Assembly: GCA_964016885.1 (NCBI GenBank)
Contig: OZ024742.1
Span: 154,628,001-154,692,000, forward strand
Reading direction: 5' to 3'
From: Eledone cirrhosa
Lineage: Eukaryota
DNA: 64,000 nucleotides
Both the position numbers and the translations under genes were made by a program. Positions 1 to 12,141 of the stretch are shown piece by piece. The notes beneath the pieces were generated by a model. The model had not been told where the DNA came from. It worked only from the letters and a program-made list of their open reading frames with translations, and did no database searches. The first letter of the stretch is position 1; the number at the start of each line of letters is the position of its first letter.

Positions 1-86
1 GGGATTTGAACTCAGATCGTAAAGGGACGTAACTATGCTGGAAAGCATGGCGTCCGACCCTCTACCGATACTGCCAATCCACCGCC
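1..86 (-). mobile_element. tRNA-derived SINE, 5' head (body runs off the window start)
   Basis: Reverse complement GGCGGTGGATTGGCAGTATCGGTAGAG...CTGAGTTCAAATCCC has A-box-like and B-box (GTTCAAATC) motifs. It matches copies at 28305, 36484 and 46031. Confidence 0.85.
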
Positions 87-89
87 TTT

Positions 90-1507
90 ATATATTATAA
101 TAATAATATAATTTTACCAACATTAACATTCCAAATTAAAAATCAAAAGGTACAATATATACATGTATATATGTGCGCACACAAACACACACACAACAAC
201 ACACACATCTATGTTCGACCACATAAAAATTAAGCCCTATTAGAGGTTTGAATATTAAAAATAAGCATGATAAGAGTGAAAATAATACTAATACATCTAC
301 CCAATATACATGAGGCAATAATATGATATAATTACAAGAAACACATATAACAAATAATAAACAACAAAATTATATAATTCAATATAATATAATAAAATAG
401 ATAATCCCCGGTTAATTTACAGAAACAATATGCCACTTCGCACCCTCCATATATTTCGTCAATTCTGTCCCCATTAGCCTACCTTAATTCTACTTAAGTC
501 AGTTTTTTTAGATATCGTTGCGTATATGATAGTATAATTTTCATTCCTTTTTGTAAACATTTGTAACGATACATTAGAAGTTTATATACTTTAATGACTT
601 AAACTACAGCTAATATTATACTACCTTATTGGACGGGTTCGATATTTTTAATATTAATTTATCAAATAGGGTTTGGAGTCAATTAAAATGATTGCTTTCC
701 TTAGTGTTTACCTAATTTCTTAAATGCACGCGAGGCCTAAATGTGTATACATTTGCTTTTGTTTTGTAATTTCCGGTTGATTGTATTTATTTGTTTTATT
801 CTATATTCTATTTACTATTCACTGTCTGGCTTCGCTCACTCATCCACATATGTCTGTCTACTAACCTTGTAATTATAAGTATTTATATATTTTATGCCAA
901 TTTTATAATATATTATATTATATTGTATGTAATATTGATCCTTATTACTTACTGTTCATTATATATAACATTATGATATTTAAACTTTATATATCATGTA
1001 AGATGTCTGGATTTTTGTAATATTGTAATATGTAACATTATGATATTTAGACTTTACATATCATGTTAGATGTCAGTATATTTTTTTCTGTAACATCATA
1101 TTTTTTTCTGTAACATCATAATTTTTCCCTGTACCATTATAGTTTTTTTGAGTATTATATAATTTATATTTCCTCATTTATTCTGTAACCCAGTATGAAT
1201 CAATTTGTATATATTATTTATGGTACATGTTAATACAATGTTAACGTTTTATCATTGTATTTGATTGTGACATCTATATTGTTTCTGTAAATTAACCGGG
1301 GATTATCTATTTTATTATATTATATTGAATTATATAATTTTGTTGTTTATTATTTGTTATATGTGTTACTTGTAATTATATCATATTATTGCCTCATGTA
1401 TATTGGGTAGATGTATTAGTATTATTTTCACTCTTATCATGCTTATTTTTAATATTCAAACTTCTAATAGGGCTTAATTTTTATGTGGTCGAACATAGAT
1501 GTGTGTG

Positions 1508-1596
<89 letters not shown>

Positions 1597-1680
1597 CATA
1601 TATACATGTATATATTGTACCTTTTGATTTTTAATTTGGAATTTTAATGTTGGTAAAAGTATATTATTATTATAATGTAT
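90..1680. repeat. Inverted duplication: arm 90-431 versus arm 1276-1680
   Basis: The arms are near-identical reverse complements. The spurious ORFs 136..318(-) and 1389..1634(+) translate the same except for a (GT)n expansion in the right arm and one substitution. Confidence 0.9.
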
Positions 1681-1930
1681 TATATTGTGTTATATATAAT
1701 TCCTGCTCTATATAACCAAATTTGTTTAGATTTAGGTTGGTTGCTTTGGACTATATTTGTAATATGGTTCTTAATGTTATCTACATCCTTAGTTATTCTT
1801 ATTATATATTTTTATTATTTTTATCTTTATTTTCATTTTTATTATCATATATTTTTGTAAGACATTAGTGTATGTACACTCCATATTCTTCAGAGTTTCT
1901 GGCTTGTATCTGCCGATATTACCTCTTGTT

Positions 1931-1987
1931 GTTTTTATTGCCCTGATGAGTCCTTAATAGGACGAAACATTGTCGGCTAATAAAAAC
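1931..1987 (+). ncRNA. Minimal type I hammerhead ribozyme, probably in a PLE pseudo-LTR remnant
   Basis: GUUUUUAUUGCC-CUGAUGA-GUCCU(UAAU)AGGAC-GAA-ACAUUGU-C-GGCUAAUAAAAAC. Canonical core, G-C closed stem II, short quasi-palindromic stem III, 12-bp stem I with one bulge, GUC cleavage after 1974. Confidence 0.85.
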
Positions 1988-2025
1988 TTTTGATGTATTA
2001 AAGGATTCTTTGTTTTACTCTCTTA

Positions 2026-2057
<32 letters not shown>

Positions 2058-2398
2058 TGGGTTATCCCGTGGATTGATTATAGCGACTGGGTTTAAAAGT
2101 CGGTATATCCTCATAGTTTCAGACATCCCTTAAGAGGCATTCAGGGAAATCTGGTAGGCTGATCCGATCAACGTCTACTGGAACAAACTATCACGATAGA
2201 GCACAAGTCAGTCTTGTTTTTAAGCCATGACAGGAAAATCAACGGATATATTTCAAACTTATTAACTTATTATCGCCTAAACGTACATACACACACAAAT
2301 AGAGACACCTCACACACACACACACACACACATATATATGTGGGGGGGGGGGGGTATATGTGTGTGTATGCGCCCATGTATATATGTATATATAAACT

Positions 2399-2447
<49 letters not shown>

Positions 2448-2511
2448 GGGTGCGTATTGGAATGCGTGTTGATCAGTCAAAGACCTGTTTTGGTGTAAAC
2501 AAGAAGCAGAG

Positions 2512-2585
<74 letters not shown>

Positions 2586-2644
2586 CGCACGGGTGGTGTC
2601 CAGCAGAAGCAAGGGGTGCAATCATCGATGCATTTCCGAACTTC

Positions 2645-3139
2645 CTGCTTGCTTCTGTTGGACACAACCAGAGCGTTATAGCCCCGTTTTTTGTCATAGC
2701 TACGGCTTTCTAAATGTTTATCTATAAAGATACCGTATTTCTTTAGAAATACAAAATTCCAATACATATCTCTATACAGCTATGCATTAAGATAAATCCT
2801 CATTCTATTCTGTTATAAGGTGAGCCAACTTATGCAGCTTCATATGCAAATGAGTTTCATCACGGCATTTACACAGACGAGGAAGCCATACATGATCGCC
2901 TGTTTTGAAGTCCAACCGTCGTAAGAATGGCAGGGATCGTCGTGATAAGAACCAGTTAAGTTCGAAATACATCTACAATTGTCCACCCTGCTTGTGCTGG
3001 ACACAACCAGAGAGCGACAGTCCCGTTGTTTTGCATAACAGCATCTTTCTAAATATCTATCTATAAACATACCCTATTTCTTTAGAAATACGAAATTACA
3101 ATAGTTATCTTTATACAGCTAAGCATAAAGCTAAATCCT
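2645..3139 (+). repeat. Diverged direct repeat (~155 bp; 2645-2800 and 2988-3139)
   Basis: Shared blocks GGACACAACCAGAG, TTTCTAAAT..TATCTATAAA, TATTTCTTTAGAAATAC and TATACAGCTA..GATAAATCCT. Confidence 0.7.
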
Positions 3140-3140
3140 A

Positions 3141-3202
<62 letters not shown>

Positions 3203-3554
3203 AATGTATATGCATTGTGCATCAAACCATTCTTTTTCCTCCTACTGATACCTTGTTACCCAATTATAACGTATATGTTGTTCGAGTAGTTTGTGACTTA
3301 TCTAGCTCCTTCGCCATATCCTGGTCTGGTGAAGAAGCCAAGGATAACAAAAAGCAAGATTTGGTAAAATGTTGTATGGATTTTAAGAACCCACGGCCAC
3401 ACACATCATCTATTGGTTAAATTGCCTCACAAACCCGCAATTGGACAAGCGTAGATAGTACGGCTACACCACTGCCATGACGAAAAGCAAACATAAAGCG
3501 GTTGAGGTCAGACATCCTGCAACATGAGTGAGAAGGCGATGTATTTGATGCATT

Positions 3555-3614
<60 letters not shown>

Positions 3615-4557
3615 TATGCGCAACATGGTACATGTTTATACATCTGAATCTATGTAGTGTACACACATATATTCCACTTATTTGAAACCCCTGGCTTTCT
3701 TTCTTTCTTCCCTCGTCTATTTTTGTCTTCGTATTGTTGTGTATCACTTAATCCATTTCTTTACAGTATTTGTTTTCAAACTTTATATTTTTCTTTCTTT
3801 CTTTCTCTTTCAATCAAAATCTCTATCTGTTTCTGACCCTCACCCCCTCTCGCTTACTTTTGCCTCTTTCTGTTTTATTGCTCAGTTCACTCAATACTGC
3901 TCTGCACCGCATTTATGATGTGTCCTCATGCGATTGTCTATTAAAAGCGCCTTCCCCAAGCTACGCCTCCTCTAACTCATCTTTTATTTATTCTTTTCTT
4001 TTTCTCAACGCAGCTTTCACTTCATATTTCAATATCATATTTGATATTGACCGCTAAAACTAAGCGACTCCTCCTCTCTTCCGTGGTTTTCGTTTCGATC
4101 TTGTGTACATGACTCATCCATCCTATCACATACTACAACAACATCAATAACAACAGCAGCAGCATCTAATAAGTAATACAAATACCACCATGCCTCTTAT
4201 CTCACGCCACTACATCCTATTCCAGTAGTCCGATAGTTATCATAGACACATATTTTATTCATATCTCAAGTTTATATTATTATCATCGTTATCATCAACA
4301 TCATCATCGTCATCGTCATAGTCATCATAACCAACACCATCATCATCTTCATCATCATACTCACCATCATCATCATATAATTTATGCTTCGTTCAATATT
4401 ATCATTAGCATTATTTATTGTTGCTTATAGTATTGTTGTTGAATTGGCCTTATTTGTGGTAGTTGTTTTATTCACGTCTCAAGTCGATATTGTTGTGTAT
4501 TATTTATGATTGGATATTATTTTTGTTGTTGTTGCACACACCATTATACTTGTAGTC

Positions 4558-4560
<3 letters not shown>

Positions 4561-4624
<64 letters not shown>

Positions 4625-4660
4625 GTGTTGTTGTTGTTGTTGTTGTTGTTGTTATTATTG
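4561..4660. repeat. (ATT)n/(GTT)n microsatellite
   Basis: Direct reading. It is the source of the poly-I/poly-N spurious ORFs. Confidence 0.95.
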
Positions 4661-5167
4661 TGAACATTATTATTAATACTATGAAGATTATTATGCATTT
4701 GTTTGTTTGATTCCTTCTATCCCAATTTTTTTTATTAAATTATACTTCATGCTTAATAGATATTATGTTTGTTTATATTTCTTTGTATCTGTGGTCATGC
4801 CGACAGTGAATGCTTTACTGCAAAGTCAAGCTAAACGCACAAATAGCACCCCCATCACTTCAGCCACTTAATTGATAGGGCTTGTGTTTGATCTCATGTA
4901 GGACCTCCCCCCACACTCACCAGAAAACCACACTCATGCCTTGATACAATTTATTGTTCAGTATTAAAAAATCGAAACCTACCAATGCTGTGCAGTAACT
5001 GCACTATTGGGTTATTCAAGTAATGGGATGGCTGAGTAAAAGGAACATCTATTCATTATACGAATCTCAACAGAAATGGAATCAAATCTCTAAAGAACCA
5101 ATGCAAATATCCACACACTAACACACACATATACACATACATACTTACATACATATATATATATACA

Positions 5168-5230
<63 letters not shown>

Positions 5231-5376
5231 GTAAAGAAACGTATGCATAGACACACATGCATTGGTACATGAATCTATCCAATCACACATCTGTTCAACT
5301 ATCCATTCATCCATACATACATTAGGCGTTTTTATGTGTCTGTGAAAATGTGTATGTATACGAATATGTGTATGTG

Positions 5377-5476
<100 letters not shown>

Positions 5477-5483
5477 TACTATA

Positions 5484-5555
<72 letters not shown>

Positions 5556-6154
5556 GTGTATTTATGTATGTATATATGTATGACAAAACATTATCTATTT
5601 ATCGATTGCTCAATATATTGATGTCATATGACTGGGTATCAATCCAATTTACCTATTGCTTTTATTTTATTTATTTACATTACAATTGGGATTTAATCAA
5701 TTGTTCCGTTCCAGAGAATATTACTTGCACTAATTTAAATGGAGACGAACTTATGAAAGCTGAAACCGAAAACCTATTGTATTTAAACTCATAATATTAT
5801 AGGATGAAATAAAACTGAAATCCGCGAGATGAAATAGGAGTATAAATGTTCATTTCTGTCACATCTATTACATGTTTGATTCATATATTGATATATTGAA
5901 GAAAATATAAGGCTTTTACAGCAATTTCTAAGAAACGACTCTATCGATACGTTTGGCGAGACATAGGACAGAATCTTGAGTTCGGAGTGTTTTTATATCG
6001 TCTGATTCTAGTCGTTAATATTGATATTTTAGTTTGGACCAAATACATATAGTTGGTTGCATATGATAATAAAATATATGGAATCGAATGTTTCTATGAG
6101 GAAGGAGTAAATGCATTCTTTATTTCTAATATATATATATATATATATATATGA

Positions 6155-7180
6155 TCAAAATAATGGGTGAATGAAAGAGTTACAAGCCGTTAAAACATAT
6201 CTGTATATAGCTCTTACACGTGTTTTCCCAGTTGGGCTCGTCGGAGGCAGATATTCAGATAGCAAAGTCCTTAATTACAAAGCCCTGAGACGGTATAATA
6301 ATATCACATCGCTATAAATTGCGATTTTAAATGGAATAGTATAGAGTACTGGGGAAAAGGATATAATTCGCTAGGAGGGTAATTACTGGTGCCGTTGAAA
6401 GTTACTGCATTATTTTTTAGCAATACCAGCTATGGGGAAACATTGTATTTAAAAATAATTAACTCATGTGGTGTTGGACAACTCAGTATACATGATGCCA
6501 TGTTTAGGTGGGAATATGAGAGAGTGTTGGTAATGTCGTTAAACATTGCACACCTCCTGTATATCTAATGCAGGGAGCTGCTTTGGGGTGTGATGTTGAA
6601 GGCCTAGACAAATGATGCCAATTTGGATCGAAGTTGTATGTTCATATGATCAATTCATTCAAGAAGTTACTCGGGTTCAGGCAGCAAGTTCATAATATTA
6701 ATTTAACCTGGTCCGGCCAAGACGAAAAATTTAGCGGGGTGGGCCCGACTGAATAGGTTGCTGTGCAGCTTTCTCGTGGGAAAGCAATGGGTAGATGATG
6801 GTGTTATTCCACGCTGTATAATGGTAAATTTACTGCCGGTGAGTTTGGCCAGGGAGTGGTGTTGAGAGCTTCAGGTATTATTGCACTTATTCAGTTTCAG
6901 GAGTTCATCTGTCGAATGATTGTTGTAGTCGGTGGCCGCAATTAATGACTATTTCGGCCGGACTATTTATGAGTTCCTGTGGTGCTTGCACTATATAGTA
7001 CAGCTCCATTAGCCAGAGCTGGCGGCTTTTCTTGAAATTATAAGGTGTTGCTTGGTTCACAATTTCCCATTGTGTGGTGTAGCTAATGTTGGAGTCAGTT
7101 AATTGGATAACATAATTATCGCCGGAGGTAGAGTATCTTAGTTTCATATTCCTAAAAGAGTGGAGATGCGCTGTAAATGT
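6155..7180 (-). mobile_element. Decayed Penelope-like element 3' part (GIY-YIG C-terminus plus 3' UTR/pLTR)
   Basis: ORF 6905..7147 (HSFRN..LRYST..WEIVNQATPY..LMELYY..LINSPAEIVINCGHR) is homologous to 7361..7909. Segment 6155-6310 is an inverted homolog of 7905-8060. Confidence 0.8.
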
Positions 7181-7184
7181 TTTC

Positions 7185-8230
7185 TTTTAGTGAATAAAAC
7201 ATGCATGTAATGCCAACATTAGCGAATATGACAACCCTGTAAACCTTAACAATTCAGTCGCCCGGCTTGTTAACAATAATAGTAACCAAGACAGGAATCA
7301 TAGTATTAGCAGTAGCATACACAATAGCTGCACCATAGAAATTAACCGCAGCGCTGTAGTGTGACCTATGACCAGGTTAGAAACCATAGCAACTATAAGA
7401 GCGGCCGTAGAAGACACTGTAACACGAGCAATAGAAATAGCACCACGTCGCAGGAATATAACTATAATAATGCCAACCACAATAATGGCAACAATGGAGG
7501 TGGTGAAAATGATAGTAATGGGATTAACACCAGCCATCACCACCTTCGAGATGGCAAAAACAAACACTGCAATTGCCGTAACCCTAACAACTGTCCACTC
7601 GAAGGCTACTGCTTGATTAGAAACCTAATTTATAGATGCAGAGTTAGAATTTATAATAGTGTTAAGTCATACATAGGAGCCGCATATGGGGAGTTCAAGA
7701 CTAGATTTAGAGCGCACTTCCACTCTTTCAGGAATAGGAAACTAAGATACTCTACCCAACTCGCTAATTATATTACGCAATCAACTGACTCCAACATTAG
7801 CTACGCCGCACAATGGGAAATTGTGAACCAAGCAACACCTTTTATTTTCAAGAAAAGCTACCAGCTCTGCCTAATGGAGCTGTACTATGTATACTGCATA
7901 GAAATGTGATATTATTATACCATCTCGGGGCTTTATAATTAAAGAGTTTACTATCTGAATGTCTGCCTCCAACGAGCCACTCTGGGCGAAACACGTGTAA
8001 TAACTATATAAACATATGTTTTAACGGCTTGTAACTCTTTCATTCACTCATTCTTTTGCTTATTCCAGCTGTGCTTAATTCTTACGCTAAATATTAACTT
8101 TCTCTCAAATTTGACCCTTATAACCCAAGCATCGAGCACACTAAGCACCAGCTATTGGCATTTAGTATTCTGTAAAGCACCTCTTTTTATCTATCTCTCC
8201 GCTCTATCCTCCCTTACGCTACTATAACCC
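7185..8230 (+). mobile_element. Decayed Penelope-like element (CxCx5C linker plus GIY-YIG endonuclease; Hydra-like clade)
   Basis: ORF 7361..7909: CNCRNPNNCPLEGYCLIRNLIYRC..SYIGAAYGEFKTRFRAHFHSF, a GIY-YIG domain preceded by a Cys linker. It ends at (TA)n. Confidence 0.85.
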
Positions 8231-8317
<87 letters not shown>

Positions 8318-8408
8318 GAGTTTATGTTGGTTGTATACCAACACCTCAGTATGCAGGCTGGAGCACTCGACGAAGTGCGCAGGTCGGTTTGGTTACTCCG
8401 GAGTAGTG

Positions 8409-8855
8409 TAAAATAAAGTTAAATAAAAGTCAAATGATTAAAATTTAGCTTCGTTTATTACTGCTATATATATTTCAGTGACAGCCATCTTTGGCTGTGA
8501 CCTCTTCAGGCAGTTTGAATTAGTATGGTATAGACAAGTACATATGTTATTTAGGTGTATGATATTGTCAATACTCTGATATGCCCAGTTCCTTGTTGGG
8601 TTGTTAATTCACTGGGGAACTGGAGTCATATCTCATGACTCAAGTTCCCCAGTGAATTAACAACCCAACAAGGAACTGGGCATATCAGAGTATTGACAAT
8701 ATCATACACCTAAATAACATATGTACTTGTCTATACCATACTAATTCAAACTGCCTGAAGAGGTCACAGCCAAAGATGGCTGTCACTGAAATATATATAG
8801 CAGTAATAAACGAAGCTAAATTTTAATCATTTGACTTTTATTTAACTTTATTTTA
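8409..8855. repeat. 447-bp near-perfect palindrome carrying two mirror-image hammerhead motifs
   Basis: Arms of ~221 bp with a 5-nt spacer ATCTC at 8630-8634. One mismatch seen (8622/8642). Confidence 0.95.
8750..8804 (+). ncRNA. Type I hammerhead motif (mirror copy on - strand at 8460-8514)
   Basis: ACUGC-CUGAAGA-GGUCACAGCCA(AAGA)UGGCUGUCACU-GAA-AUAUAUAU-A-GCAGU. Palindromic (AU)4 stem III, AUA cleavage triplet, G.U stem II closure. Confidence 0.7.
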
Positions 8856-9282
8856 TTTTATATATATATATATATATCACAATCTCTCTCTATATATATA
8901 TATCAATCAATATATATATATATATAAATATATATCAGAATTGGTTCTCTGAAATAGCGATGTATACATGAATATATATATATAGTATATTGCCAAGTAT
9001 ACTGTATGCTCAATTAAAAACATTTTGAAGACCTTGCGCTATAATTTTAAAGTAGTGACTATGTCACTTCTGTTTTCAACAAACAAAGGAAGATAGCTGA
9101 CATATCTGTTTCATACCGTTGGTAATCATCAGAGTTTAGCACTCGGCGATGCCTGTTGAAAATTATTGATGTTGGATTCTTATAGAATTCCAATAATAAT
9201 CAGGAACTGATTATACACAGCGATTGCCGTTCCAGCAAAAATTGAAAATTACAATTGGTGTTCTGAAATAGCGATATATACA

Positions 9283-9335
<53 letters not shown>

Positions 9336-10262
9336 TGTTTGTCAATATAATATATGCTTAATTAAACACATTTTGAAGACCTTGCGCTATTATATTAAAG
9401 TAGCAACTATGTCACTTACTTCTTTTTCAATAAATAAAGAGAGATAAGCTGACAGATGTGTTTAATACCGTTGGTAATCATCAGAGCTTAGCACTCGCCT
9501 ATGCCTGTTGAAAATTATAGATGTTGGATTCGTATAGAATTCCAGTAATAATAAGGGACTGATTATACAGAGCGATTGCAGGTACAGCCGAAATTGAATA
9601 TTAGAATTGGTGCTCTGAAATAGCGATGTATAGATGAATATATATATAGTATATTTGGCAATACACTGTAAGCTTAATTAAAAACATTTTGGAGACCTTC
9701 CGCTATTATTTTAAAGTAGTGACTATGTCACTTACTTCTTTTTTCAACAAACGAAGGGAGATAAGCTGACATATCTGTTTTACGTTTTTGGTAATCATCA
9801 GACCTTATCACTCGCCGTTGCCTGTTGAAAATTATAGATGTTGGATTCTTATAGAAATCCAGTAATAATCAGGAACTGATTATACAGATTGATTGCCGGT
9901 CCAGCAAGAATTGAAAACTAGAATTGGTACTCTGAAATAGCGATGTATATATAATATGTTTGGCAATATACTGTAAGTTTAATAAAAAAAATGTTGAAGA
10001 CCTTGTGCTATTATTTTAAAGTAGTGACTATGTCACTTACTTCTTTTTTCAAAAAATAAAGGGAGGTAAGCTGCCAGATCTGTTTCAAAACTGTTGGTAA
10101 TCACAAGAGCTTAGTACTCGCCGATACCTGTTGAAAAATAGAGATGTTGGATTCTCATACAATTCCAGTAAAAATCAGGAACTGATTATACAGAGCGATT
10201 ACCGGTCCAGAAAAAAAATTGAAAATTAGATTTGGTGCTGAGAAATACCGATGTATACATGA

Positions 10263-10366
<104 letters not shown>

Positions 10367-10477
10367 TGTTTGACAATATAGTGTATGCTTAATTAAAAAC
10401 ATTTTGAAGACATTGCACTATTATTTTAAAGTAGTGACTATGTCACTTACTTTTTTCTTCAACAAATAAAGAGAGAT

Positions 10478-10521
10478 AAGCTGACAGATCTGTTTCATAC
10501 TTTTGGTAATCATCAGAGCTT
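10478..10521 (-). ncRNA. Minimal type I hammerhead, best-preserved array unit
   Basis: AAGCU-CUGAUGA-UUACCAAAAGUAU-GAA-ACAGAUCUGU-C-AGCUU. 5-bp stem I, perfectly palindromic 10-nt stem III, GUC triplet, U.U at the base of stem II. Confidence 0.75.
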
Positions 10522-11215
10522 AGTACTCTCCGATGCCTGTTGAAAATTTTAGATGTTGGATTCTTATATAATTCCAGTAATAATCAGGATATGAGTATAC
10601 AGAGCGATTGTCGGCCAGCAAAAATTGATAAGTAGAATTGATTCTCTGAAATAGCAATGTATACATGAATATATATATATAGTATATGTAGGAATATAGT
10701 GTAAGCTTAATTAAAAACATTTTGAAGACCTTACGCTATTATTTTAATGTAGTGACTAAGACAATTACTTCTCTTTTCAACAAATGAAGGGAGATAAGCT
10801 GACAGATCTGTTTTATGCTTTTGGTAATGACCAGAGCTTAGCACTCGCCGATGCCTGTTGAAAATTGTAGATGTTGGATTCTTATAGAATTCCAGTAATA
10901 ATCAGGAACTGATTATACAGAGCGATTGCCGGTCCAGCAAGAATTGAAAACTAGAATTGGTGCTCTTAAATAGCGATGTATACATCGTCCATTGGTGCTC
11001 TGAAATAGAGATGTATATATAGTTTATTTGGCAATATACAGTAAGCTTAATTAAACACATTTTGAAGACCTTGCGCTATTATTTTAAAGTAGTGACTATG
11101 TCACTTACATCTTTTAGGATTTCCAGTATTAATCAGGAACTGATTCTATAGAGCGACTGCCGGTCCGGCAAACATTGAAAATTAGAATTAGTGAACTGAA
11201 ATAGCGATGTATACA

Positions 11216-11304
<89 letters not shown>

Positions 11305-11535
11305 GGTTTGGCAATAAATTGAATGCTTAATTAAAAAACATGTTGAAGACCTTGCGCTATTATTTTAAAGTAGTGACTATGTTACTTACTTCTTTCTTCA
11401 AGAAACAAACAGTGATAAGCTAACAGATCTGTTTCATACTGTTGGTAATCATCAGGGCTTAGCACTCGCCTGATTATTACTGGAACTCTATAAGAATCCA
11501 ACATCTATAATGTTCAACAGGCATCGGAGAGTGCC

Positions 11536-11579
11536 AAGCTCTGATGATTACCAAAAGTATGAAACAGATATGTCAGCTT
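11536..11579 (+). ncRNA. Hammerhead in the inverted segment of the array
   Basis: AAGCT CTGATGA TTACCAAAAGTAT GAA ACAGATATGT C AGCTT, read directly on the + strand. Confidence 0.72.
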
Positions 11580-12083
11580 ATCTCTCTTTGTTTGTTGATA
11601 AGCTGACAGATATGTTTCATATTGTTGGTAATCATCAGAGCTTAGTACTCGCCGATACCTGTTGAACATTATAGATGTTGGATTCTTATAGAATTCCAGT
11701 AATAATCAGGCAGTGATTATACAGAGCGATTGCCTGTCCAGCAAGAATTGAAAATTAGAATAGGTGCACTGAAATAGCGATGTATAGATGAATATATATA
11801 TAGTATATTTGGCAATATACTTTATGCTTAATTAAAAACATGTTGAAGACCTGCGCTAGTATTTTAAATTAGTGACTATGCCACTTACTTCTGTTTTCAA
11901 CAAAAAAGAGAGATAAGCTGACAGATCATACTGTTGGTAATCATCAGAGCTTAGTACTCACCGATGCCTGTTGAACATTATATATCTTGGTTTCTTATAG
12001 AATTCAAGTAATAATCAGGAACTGATTGCCGGTCAAGCAAAATTGAAAATTAGAATTCGTGCTCTGAAATAGCGATGTATACA

Positions 12084-12141
<58 letters not shown>

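Noticed and set aside
2060-2155. Possible minus-strand hammerhead (CUGAAUG..GAAAC)
   Set aside because: The core does not fit CUGANGA and no stem III or NUH site could be built.
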